This document shows, piece by piece, positions 54,503 through 64,000 of a DNA stretch of 64,000 nucleotides; within the stretch, counting starts at the first letter, position 1, and each line of letters opens with the position of its first letter. A model generated the notes under the pieces. It did no database searches. It had not been told where the DNA came from and saw nothing but the letters and a program-made list of their open reading frames with translations. Source of the stretch: an uncultured Methanosarcinaceae archaeon (GTDB lineage: Archaea; Halobacteriota; Methanosarcinia; Methanosarcinales; Methanosarcinaceae); NCBI GenBank assembly GCA_963727895.1, contig CAVSHT010000005.1:384001-448000 (forward strand). The letters are read 5' to 3'. Made by a program: the position numbers and the translations under genes.

Positions 54503-55110
54503 GGTTTCGTTGCAAAAAATATCTGTTAAGGATATAATCAAATAAAAGGGAAGTAAAGGATAATGACATGCTATCTAATCCCTTTAAATGGAAGCATTTT
54601 GTGGGTGAAATTATTTTATTGAATGTTAGATTGTACTTAAAATATCCATTAAGTTATCGAAATTTAAAGGAAATGATGGCAGAAAGGGGAGTAATAGTCA
54701 ACCATACAACCATTATGAGATGGGTACATCAATACTCTCCTGAAATCGAAAAGAAGGTACGTAGATATTTAAGACCAACTAATAACTCTTGGAGAGTTGA
54801 TGAAACCTGTATAAAAGTGAGAGGTGAATGGAAATATTTTTACCGAGCAGTTGACTCAAATGGAGATACAATTGATTTCATGTTAAGTGCAAAACGAGAC
54901 CAAAAAGCAGCGAACAGATTCTTCAAAAAAGCTTTGAATTCTAATCATAATCAAATTCCAAGAGTAATCACAGTTGATAAAAATCCAGCTTATCCACCTG
55001 CTATAAATAAACTGAAAAATGATAAAATACTACCTATAAACGTAGGCATTCGACAAATCAAGTATTTGAATAACATTATAGAACAAGATCATAGATCCAT
55101 TAAACGAATA
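54503..55110 (+). mobile_element. IS6 5' part, truncated by IS1
   Basis: TIR GGTTTCGTTGCAAAAAA; ORF nearly identical to 44548-45045. Confidence 0.93.
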
Positions 55111-55849
55111 GGTATTGCTAACTAAACATAGTTAACTCTTTATTTCTGTATTTCATCAATAGAATAACCGAGTACTTTAGCATTTCAAGACTTTTTTTAT
55201 AACACTTTGTCTTTCTTCTCAATCTTGCTAGAAAGTGCCTCAATATGCTGTTATATCCCTCAACTGTAAATGTTTCTGCTTTTGATTGAGTATGAATAGT
55301 TTCTGGAAGAAACTCTGCATATGCCCTCCAGTGATCTGTCATCACTTCTCCAATGTCTTTTTTCTTCAATTTTTCCCAGAGTAGTTTTCCAGTTTCCGTT
55401 CCTCTACTACCAAAAGAGCAGTTGATGAACTTTTTCCCAACTCTATCAACAGCAATCCAGATCCAGCAATATTTTTTTGTTACCGATGTAAGTGTGCATT
55501 TTATCCATTTCAACAATAGATATCTCATTTTCACTTTTTAGGTCTTCTAACTCCTGACCAAATTTCTTTATCCATCTTTGGACAGAAACATGACTCACCC
55601 CTAAAAATCTTCCTATTGAACGAAAGCCCAATCCTTCAAGATAGAGTTGTAAAGCCTGTCTTTTTACAGAAGCGGAAAAAGCAGTTGATTTTAGCTCTAC
55701 TGTATAGTTATAGCCACAATCATGACATTTGTAGCGTTGACGCCCGCCAACTATACCATTCTTTTTGTGACTGGAACTATTACATCTGGGGCAGTTCATG
55801 AAGAAATATACTTTCTAATAATATATAACTATGTTTAAGTATCAAAGCC
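55111..55849 (-). mobile_element. IS1-family element, apparently complete InsA/InsB, no TSD
   Basis: Ends GGTATTGCTAACTAAA / TTTAAGTATCAAAGCC; ORFs 55446-55799 and 55118-55534. Confidence 0.93.
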
Positions 55850-55879
55850 AAATAAAAAAATTAATTTCAATAAGAATAC

Positions 55880-56273
55880 CTCTATAGGAATAAATTCTAA
55901 AATAACCAAATTTATAGGGTTTGATCTCAAAGGAGCTGACCTTGAAGGAGCTAATTTTAAAGGAGCTACTCTTAAAGGAGCTACTCTTAAAGGAGCCAAT
56001 CTTGAAGGAGCTACTCTTAAAGGAACTAACTTTACAGGAGCTAACCTTGAAGGAACTAGCCTTATGAAGGCTGACCTTGATGGAGCTAACTTTAGATGGA
56101 CTAATATTAAAAGAGCTAAGTTTGATGGATCTAACCTTAATAGAACTAATCTTAGAGAAGCTTATTATTTGACATTTGATCAATTTTCTAAAATGGTAAT
56201 TATTCAACATACAGAAAATCAGTCTAACATTTTTGATTTTGACTTGTCATCTATAAGAAGCCTAATCTTATAG
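55880..56273 (+). pseudogene. Pentapeptide-repeat protein fragment
   Basis: 15-nt repeats encoding GA(D/N/T)L(K/E); no start; begins next to the IS1 end. Confidence 0.85.
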
Positions 56274-56587
56274 ACAATTGATCTTTTGTTCTATTGCAAA
56301 AAAGTTAGTCATTTTACATTATAAGTGAAAAACCTTCACGATTAGGAAAGTTAATCACTCTTATCACCTAGAAAAATAGGTATATAAAGGTCCAATTATA
56401 GCCTTAAAGGTAGGAGAAAAAATTTTTTCAACACAACTAAGGAAAGGGTACAAAGCAAATTTTATAAAATTAAGGTTCATTACCTCTATTTTGCTTCTCA
56501 TGACATCTACACTGATATCGAACCATTAAGGGTTTAATGACATTTCGATATTTCAAAACACTAATCAAATAAAAATGAACGATTACA

Positions 56588-57571
56588 ATGTATGTCTGTA
56601 GAATAAATATATGTAATTATTTTCAAGCTGATATTAAAACGATTACTCGGTTTTTTTATCCTCTTATCCTTTTGGTGTTATTTGCAGGTATAGCTCAAGC
56701 TAGTTATATCACTGTCAGTCCTTCAGGCTCAAATGATCAAAATGTTATCAATCAGGCTCTTTCAAAAGTAAATCAATCTGGTAATGAAACTGTCTATCTA
56801 ACTTCTGGAGTCTATGACATTCAAGGGCAAATACTTATAGGATCAAACACTGTTCTAACAGGCTCATCAGGCGCTATTTTAAGAGTTCATCCTTACTCAA
56901 TAACTAATTATCCTGATGGAACCGGAGTTATAGGATTCAGAGGCAATTCTATTAATAACGTTGAAATTTCTAATTTTGAAATCGATGGAAATATTGAAAA
57001 TCAACCTAGTGGTTATTGGGGAACTGGTTATGAGAGAATAATCAATTTTTGGTGTGACTCTAGCAATCCAGGAAGCAATATTTCAATCCATAATATGTAC
57101 ATTCACGATAGTGCAGGAGATGGAGTACAGATTTGTTTTGCCAAAAATGTCTCTTGCTATAACAATAATATGAGTAATCTAGAACATGATGCTTTTTTCT
57201 TCCGTGATGTTATAGGCTCAGAAATCTATTCTAACAAAATTGCAGGAATAACGGACGATTGCGGGTGTTTAGATAATTGTCAGGATGCTAAGGTTAAAAA
57301 CAATCTCTTTTATTCTTACAATGGAACCAATAATAACAGTGCTATAGAATTTGGAGAAAACGGTTTTCAAATCGGTGATGAGAGCAACAAACCAGGTGCA
57401 ACCGAAAATATTGAAGTTTCTAATAATGTTTTTCAGAATATAGGATTAGCTGGAATTCAGTTGGATACACCAGGGTTAGCACAAACAGAGAAAGTTTCCA
57501 TACACCATAATATGTTCTATAACTGCGATTTTGAATCCAACGAACCATGGTGTGGTGAACTATTAGGGTGA
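56588..57571 (+). pseudogene. Secreted right-handed beta-helix (pectate-lyase-like) surface protein, 3' truncated
   Basis: Signal-like LILLVLFAGIAQA, DQNVINQAL..TVYL..GVY, IHDSAGDG; ends in an IS-like fragment. Confidence 0.7.
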
Positions 57572-57662
57572 TGTTCTTACTTTTTTATATTTCCAGTAAC
57601 ACTGTGTAGTTGACGGAGTTTTGTCTTCAAATAGGATGGATTTAAGGGATTTCTACAGAGCC
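57560..57662 (-). mobile_element. Solo IS end fragment
   Basis: GGCTCTGTAGAAATCCC TIR-like terminus on the minus strand; coincides with truncation of the upstream gene. Confidence 0.45.
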
Positions 57663-57796
57663 GATAAAATAGAACTTAATATAATCAAATAATCTAATGA
57701 TAATTCCTTGTTATCAATCATTAATTCGTCTATACTTAATATAAATACTATTTTACTACTAAATTATTTCTTATTTTGGATCTTTTAATAATATTT

Positions 57797-57932
57797 GACA
57801 GTGTAACACAAGTTCAGTAAAATCACAAATTTTTAAAAGTTATTGAGTAGAAAATTCCACATCAGAAGATCAATTTTTTTTACTATTTACAAAAATTTAA
57901 CTTAGAATTTACAGCAAATTCGCGACACTGCC
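57797..57932. mobile_element. 136-bp MITE, intron-free copy
   Basis: GACAGTGT...ACACTGCC ends; TSD TAATATTT at 57789-57796 and 57933-57940. Confidence 0.92.
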
Positions 57933-58207
57933 TAATATTTAGTCCTGTACGTTAGACTCTGAATAGTATATAAATAAAAAAGAAATGATTGTTTACTACT
58001 ATTCTTTAATAGATTTATCAATTGACAATTACCTTGTTAAGTGTTAAATTTTTTAGTTTTTAAATGTTATTCCATAAATTAAAACTTTGGTGTTTAACAA
58101 AAGCTTCAACTCCTTAATATTTTAAGTTCCTATAAAAGTTCTAATATGTCAAATATATCTTTTTGTAAAATTGTTTCAATGAATTATATTTTATTTTAAA
58201 AAAAGAA

Positions 58208-58298
58208 GGTTCCTTTGCAAAAAAATCAGAATAAGCATGTAAATCTATAGAAAATGAACAAAAATCAAAATATTCTAGAAGATGTACAAATATTATAA
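58208..58298 (-). mobile_element. IS6 right-end remnant
   Basis: GGTTCCTTTGCAAAAAAATCAGAATAAGCATGTAAATC matches the IS6 right end. Confidence 0.8.
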
Positions 58299-58299
58299 T

Positions 58300-58810
58300 T
58301 TAGATACAGAACCCCGAGGACTGAAGTAAAAAAATTCGTTACACTTAAATAAGGTTATCTGATTGCTGATGACACAGTACTTGATAAACTTTATTCTGAA
58401 AAGATAGGGTTTGTTCGACATCAGTGGAGTGGGAAACATCATTGTACTGTTAAGGGAATTGGTTTGATTACTTTAGTCTGAACAGATGGTACTGTCGTCT
58501 TACCTATCGATTTTCGCATTTATAATAGCGATGAAGACAATAAAACCAAGAATGATCATTTCCTTAATATGATTGATAAGGCTGAAGAACGTGGGTTTAG
58601 GCTTAGATATTTTATGTTTGATACATGGCATGCAAGCGTAAAGAACCTTAAAGCTATCAGGGAGAAACAATGGAATTTTATAACATGATTAAAATCAAAT
58701 CGTTTGGTGAATCCTGATAATACTAAGAATATCCCCCTTGAAACAGTGGAGATTCCTTATCAAAGAATTAGAGTTCATCGCAGAGAATACGGTTTTATTA
58801 CGGTAAGATT
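58300..58810 (+). pseudogene. IS701-family transposase fragment
   Basis: Hand translation YLIADDTVLDKLY..WSGKHH..KGI..PIDFRIY..KTKNDHF..FDTW with stops. Confidence 0.8.
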
Positions 58811-58816
58811 TTAAAA

Positions 58817-59209
58817 TTAAGTCTCTTATAAAGGCAAAGAATCTTGCTACAAAAAACAGTTCTGTAAAGTTATCGGGAGTCTATAACTTTCAACTATATT
58901 TTATAGTAATGAGATATATCTATATAAATGGCTATACTTATATATATTCAATATTCAGAAGACATATATAGTCCCTTAGTTAAAGAATTAGCATGAAGCA
59001 TCCGAAAAACGTGGCGCTTAAGTCTCTTATAAAGGCAAAGAATCTTGCTACAAAAAACAGTTCTGTAAAGTTATCGGGAGTCTATAACTTTCAACTATAT
59101 TTTATAGTAATGAGATATATCTATATAAATGGTTATACTTATATATATTCAATATTCAGAAGACATATTAGTTAAAGAATCAGCATGAAGCATCCGAAAA
59201 ACGTGGCGC
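58817..59209 (+). repeat. Tandem duplication (201 bp + 192 bp) of the sulP promoter and first 8 codons
   Basis: TTAAGTCTCTTATAAAGG...CATCCGAAAAACGTGGCGC at 58817-59017 and 59018-59209. Confidence 0.95.
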
Positions 59210-60966
59210 ACTTATTTAATTTATCTCTTTTACAAGGATTATTGCCACTCAATCCAATGCAAATTCCTATGGAAATTGTTGCTGGTCTCAGTTTTGCAGC
59301 AATAGCAATTCCACAAGCTATGGGTTATACTAAAATTGCAGGTATGCCAGTAATTACCGGTGTATATACGCTGCTACTACCAATGGTGGCTTTTGCTATT
59401 TTTGGCTCGTCACGCCATCTTGTCGTAGGTGCAGATTCTGCAACCGCAGCTATTATTGCCAGTGGGTTGGCAACTCTGGCATTACCTAACTCTTCTGAAT
59501 ATGTTGCATATGCAAGCACTATTGCATTGATTGCGGCAATTCTCCTTATTCTTGCTGGTTTCTTGAAATTGGGTTTTCTTGCGGATTTTCTTTCACATAC
59601 TGCTTTAATTGGATTTCTTACCGGTGTTGGAATTCAAATTTCTATATCACAAATTAACGGAATGTTAGGAGTGCCTTCAGGTCAGTTTGGTACATTGACG
59701 AGCATTGTGTTATTGTTAAAAAATATACATTATTTTAGTGTCCCTACACTCATTGTATCAGTCGGTGTGCTCTTAATAGTTGTTCCGTGTAGGATAAAAT
59801 ACAGTAAAATTCCTTGTATGTTAATAGCAATCATTGCCGCAATTGCCGCGAGCTGGTTCTGGAATCTTTCTTCTTATGGAATTGCAACTCTTGGTGAATT
59901 ACCTTCAGGCTTGCCTACATTATCTATACCAACTATACCACTTTCTGACGTACCATCAATTGTAAGTACATCCGTTGCTTGTTTCATGGTAATCCTTGCT
60001 CAGAGTATTGTAACATCAAGAGCATATTCCATCAAATTCGCCGATACGTTCGATGAAAATAAAGAATTGATTGGTCTCGGACTTGCAAATATCACTGCAG
60101 GAATAACGGGAACTTTTGTAGTTAATGGAAGTCCAACAAAGACGGAGGAAGTAAGACGCTCAGGTGGACGTACACAATTTACTCAACTTGTTGCCGTGGC
60201 AGTTACAGCGGCATTCTTACTCTGTTTCACAAAACCATTTGCATACCTTCCAACAGCTGTACTCTCAAGCATAGTTTTCTTTATTGGATTGAACTTAATT
60301 GATATTCATGGAATGCTCGACCTCTATAAACATCGTCGTGTGGAATTTGTAGTCGCAGTTGCGACTGCGATAGCTGTTATTCTCTGTGGTGTGGAAGCCG
60401 GTATTGGTATTGCAATAATACTTTCGATAAGTGTTCACCTGAGACACAGCTATAAACCACTTAATCTATTAATTGTTCCTAAAAATGAGTGCTGTACGAA
60501 GACAGTTCCATTATCAACAAATCAACATGCAATAGAGGGACTGTTAATATATCGCTTTGGTGCAAATCTTTATTTTGCTAATGAAGGTTATTTTGAGGAA
60601 GAAATATTGTCGCTTGTAAAGAGCAGTTATCCAATAAGATGGTTCTGTATTTCTGCGACTAACATAGGTGACATTGATTATACATCCATAGAAACGATGA
60701 GAGTCATATATAACCAACTTAAAACGCGAAAAATAAAATTGGCCATGTGCGATGTTGTTTCTCCTGTCATGGATGAATTAATAAAGGATGGTCTTATCGA
60801 TTTAATTGGCAAAGAACATATTTTTGAGACGGTGTATGATTTAATGGAGGCTTATAATAACACTAGATTTTCTGATGTAAAAGCACACGATCAAGCTACC
60901 ATTCAATGCTCTTCTAAGATGCCTTATACATCAGCTCAACGAAGTGACTTGGAACATTCTGCTTAA
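59185..60966 (+). CDS. SulP family anion transporter with STAS domain
   Basis: IPQAMGY..G, FGSSRHLVVG, ELIGLGLANI, NLYFAN, DYTS. Confidence 0.93.
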   Translation: MKHPKNVAHLFNLSLLQGLLPLNPMQIPMEIVAGLSFAAIAIPQAMGYTKIAGMPVITGVYTLLLPMVAFAIFGSSRHLVVGADSATAAIIASGLATLALPNSSEYVAYASTIALIAAILLILAGFLKLGFLADFLSHTALIGFLTGVGIQISISQINGMLGVPSGQFGTLTSIVLLLKNIHYFSVPTLIVSVGVLLIVVPCRIKYSKIPCMLIAIIAAIAASWFWNLSSYGIATLGELPSGLPTLSIPTIPLSDVPSIVSTSVACFMVILAQSIVTSRAYSIKFADTFDENKELIGLGLANITAGITGTFVVNGSPTKTEEVRRSGGRTQFTQLVAVAVTAAFLLCFTKPFAYLPTAVLSSIVFFIGLNLIDIHGMLDLYKHRRVEFVVAVATAIAVILCGVEAGIGIAIILSISVHLRHSYKPLNLLIVPKNECCTKTVPLSTNQHAIEGLLIYRFGANLYFANEGYFEEEILSLVKSSYPIRWFCISATNIGDIDYTSIETMRVIYNQLKTRKIKLAMCDVVSPVMDELIKDGLIDLIGKEHIFETVYDLMEAYNNTRFSDVKAHDQATIQCSSKMPYTSAQRSDLEHSA

Positions 60967-61012
60967 CCTTACAAACATAGATACCGCTTTATAAATTATA
61001 GAACTTACGCAG

Positions 61013-61473
61013 TTGAACAAAAAAATCGATAAGACCGTGCTGATGAGGTCATCTGATTCTCCTGCAATCGAGGAAATATCAGTACTTATCCTTCGTTACT
61101 TCATAGGTATTCTAAAGCATGGGTATAACCAGAAAGGAGAATGGATTTCATTCAAAGAACTTAGGGGTGGACAAGCTATCCAACTTTTCAGAAAAATACA
61201 ATTAAATCGTTATTGAAAAGCCTTAGAGAAGATCCAGATAGTTTGATCCAGAATCTGATGGGTCGCTTTGGAGTCAAGCTTGTTGAAGGTGGTGATGTCT
61301 CGGTATAGCTGGTTACCTTTCCAAATGTTCGTGTCAAGTTCATTTTTTGGTTTGCAGATAAAGAGCTTCCACCTGAAGTGACTATACTGTTCGATAGGGA
61401 ATTGGCAGAGATTTTTACCACAGAGGAAATTGCAGCTTTAATGTTTTTCTTAGCTAATAGCATTGTTGCCTAA
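61013..61473 (+). pseudogene. DUF3786-like protein, truncated and frameshifted
   Basis: GEWISFKELRGG, then in another frame GDVSV*LVTFP..W.AD.ELPPEVTILFD. Confidence 0.7.
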
Positions 61474-61596
61474 TGGATTAGGCACCTTAGGTTAATAGCA
61501 ATTTTTAGCCGTGTTAATACTTTCACATAGCTTCCTCAAGCCTTTTAATATTTTTTCATCTAATATTGCCTTGATGCTCGCACACAATCAACCTAC

Positions 61597-62610
61597 ATGC
61601 AGCACTGAAAGGCAGATTGTTCTCCATGTAGATATGGATTCGTTTTTGCATCAGTTGAAGTTAGAGAGCATCCTGAACTTAAAGGTCTACCAGTTGTAGT
61701 GGGTTCAGACCCGAATGGAGGAAAAGGTAGGGGAGTCGTTAGCACTTGTTCATATGAGGCAAGGAAATACGGGATACACTCGTCAATGCCAGTTTCACAG
61801 GCTTTTAAACTTTGTCCAGATGCTGCCTTTGTGCCTGTGAACATGAAACTCTATGCACAGGTTTCAGCGAACGTAATGGAGATAATGAAAGGGTTTACTG
61901 AGAAATTCCAGCAGTTTAGTGTGGACGAAGCTTTTCTAGTGCCGGTTGCTGTCAGTAATTTTGAAGAAACTGCAATAATTGCTATAAGGATAGGACGAAA
62001 TCCTGAAGCAGGAAGGAATTACATGTTCAGTGGGGTCGGACCGAATAAACTAACTGCAAAGATCGCCTCAAAGTTTCAGAAACCGGATGGGTTGACCGTC
62101 ATAAGACCTGAAGATGTCCAAGAGTTTCTTTCTCCTCTAGATGTCTCAAAAATCCCTGGTATAGGTGAAAAAACAACCGAGGCTCTTAAACTGATAGGAA
62201 TAACCAAAGTCGAAGAGTTAGCAAACTGCGATATCCAGAGGCTTTCTGAAAGGTTCGGTAAAATGGGTCTATGGATGAAACAGATGGCGCATGGTCTGGA
62301 TTTCAGTGAAGTAAAGGAATGGGAGAAAGCGGTAAAGTCAACAAGTAGGAGTGGAACATTTGAGGAAGATACAAACGATCCAGTAAAAATTGCTGGCTTT
62401 CTGGAATTGATTGCTGAGAGCGTTCATAGAGCTCTTCTAAGAAATAGATTTCTTTTCAAAGTCGTGACCCTTTAAGTGCGCTTCGAGGATTTTTCTACAT
62501 ATACAAGGTCGAAGACTGTGTCTGTCTGGACTTCGGATATATTCGTCATTAAAAGGGTCGCCATATAACTACTTTCTGAGTTTATTGGAAAACAGAAAAT
62601 TAGACTAGTG
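61597..62610 (+). pseudogene. dinB: DNA polymerase IV (Y family), frameshifted and truncated
   Basis: HVDMDSF, CSYEARKYG, SVDEAF, GPNKLTAKIAS..KPDG, IPGIG; frame breaks and internal stops. Confidence 0.92.
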
Positions 62611-63030
62611 TCATGAAAATTTAGTTATTAGTAATCTAATGAGCTCAAAATCGTTGTATGCTGACGAGAAGCTACCAATATTATGCTCAACAATTAAATT
62701 GTCAAGACACTAGTAGGTATAGGGGTCTCGAGACTAAGGGAAAGAGACACGAGGAAGACTCTGATTATGGATTTTTAAAATCAATTTTAGAACGGAAATT
62801 TCTTACATTACTCTTTTCGTTGCTTCTTTTGCTATTCCTACAGACTTTTTTCCTACTTGCAAGGTGGCTATAACAGAGTAGTTTGTGGCTGTGTCAATTA
62901 CAGAAATATTGTTGTCATGTTGGTTTGTTGTATACGCATATATCGTCGTGGTTAGAAAACTTGGTTTCTCTAAGGGTACTTTACTTTATATGAAGCAAGA
63001 AGCCGACTCAGGTAAATGGTTTACGAACAA
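62607..63030 (+). mobile_element. Possible degraded IS end and transposase 5' remnant interrupting dinB
   Basis: Abrupt switch at AGTGTCATGAAAA; weak IS4-like N-terminal pattern (..YEARSRL). Confidence 0.3.
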
Positions 63031-63205
63031 AAGTCATTATATTTTTATACTGAATAAAGTTGATTGGTAACTTTCATTCAACTGGTTCTATGAATACAAA
63101 GAACGCATCTTAAATATAGTTCTGTTTTGAAAACAATAGATATAAGGAATATTAAGGTGTATTCAGTATTAACATTTTTTGAATTATTGGGGGCAAAGAG
63201 AATAA

Positions 63206-64000
63206 ATGAAAAATAAGCAAAAGTTGTATTCTGTAGCTTTAGCTTCAACAACCTTATTTTTTATGTTTTCAATTTTAATTTCATCTGTGGCATCAGCGTC
63301 ACAGGTAACGGCACAGGTGACGAGAATTGGTAATGGATCTGATCCTGCTATTTATGGTAACAAGGTAGTATGGACAAATGGGGGTATTATTCATCTTTAT
63401 GATTTGACCTCGAAAACAGACACTACAGTTAGCTCTTCTACAGCATCTCATCCAGCTATTTACGGTAATAAATTAGTTTGGCATGATAAAAGCAGTGGAG
63501 TGCCAAGACTTACAGTTTATGATATACCTTCAGGTGCTCGATCTTACATTACTGAGGATGTGGACAACAGCAGTATTCCTTCTATTTATGGCAATATAAT
63601 CGTTTGGAGTGCAAATTACAATGAATCGAATTATAACTACAACGTATATATGCGGGACATATCAACTTCTACACAGATTAAAATTGCAGAGGGCAATAGT
63701 CCTGATATATACGATACCAAGATAACATATGGTTACGAGGATGAAGATGGAAGAGCCATAGCTGTTTACGATATTAATACTACTGAGACTATAAAAGTAG
63801 ATTCCTCTAGCCAGATATTTAGTCCACACATATATGGTAATAACGTGATATGGCCAAATTTCTACTCTAGGGATGGATTTATCCAAATGTATGATCTTAT
63901 TACTAAAAAAACAATAGATGTTACCAATGATAACACAGGTAATACCTTACCTGAATACGCAGGAGTCATTACTGATGCTGGAGACAATACCGGTACACAC
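63206..64000 (+). CDS. Methanosarcina beta-propeller surface protein, runs off the window
   Basis: MKNKQKLYSVALAS signal peptide; PAIYGNKVVW repeats; absent from the ORF track because no stop falls in the window. Confidence 0.88.
   Translation, partial: MKNKQKLYSVALASTTLFFMFSILISSVASASQVTAQVTRIGNGSDPAIYGNKVVWTNGGIIHLYDLTSKTDTTVSSSTASHPAIYGNKLVWHDKSSGVPRLTVYDIPSGARSYITEDVDNSSIPSIYGNIIVWSANYNESNYNYNVYMRDISTSTQIKIAEGNSPDIYDTKITYGYEDEDGRAIAVYDINTTETIKVDSSSQIFSPHIYGNNVIWPNFYSRDGFIQMYDLITKKTIDVTNDNTGNTLPEYAGVITDAGDNTGTH

Noticed and set aside
55842..56210. Minus-strand Ser/Lys/Phe repeat protein
   Set aside because: Antisense shadow of the pentapeptide repeats.
58993..59175. 60-aa gene upstream of sulP
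   Set aside because: By-product of the promoter duplication: 8 sulP codons fused to promoter DNA.

Overview
AT-rich genomic window from a methanogenic archaeon, almost certainly Methanosarcina (mch, methanogenesis marker 8, archaeal-type ThrRS, PKD/beta-propeller surface proteins). Three zones. (1) About 1-13.2 kb is an accessory, partly decayed element that runs off the left edge. It holds two RHH genes and a wHTH gene, a broken tnpB, and a co-oriented run of tiny basic and 2-4 TM membrane proteins with a PKD adhesin. Five copies of one ~75-bp promoter/leader motif precede the units of this run. The architecture suggests the morphogenesis module of a spindle-shaped or other enveloped archaeal provirus. 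The same zone holds a group II intron nested inside a 135-bp MITE, whose intron-free sibling lies at 57.8 kb, and a 31-bp duplication enclosing a 35-bp insert with the geometry of Cas1-Cas2 spacer integration. (2) About 13.7-42.5 kb is mostly core genes (thrS, SF2 helicase, two U32-family proteins, MATE, XPB-Bax1, gpmA, mch), with an IS5/IS6/IS1 cluster and a disrupted pair of STAND-like ATPases. (3) About 42.7-64 kb is an IS-riddled, pseudogene-rich stretch with tandem repeats, mmp8, surface proteins, SulP and a broken dinB. I found no rRNA, tRNA or true CRISPR array. All calls come from reading motifs by eye; no database searches or folding calculations were run.
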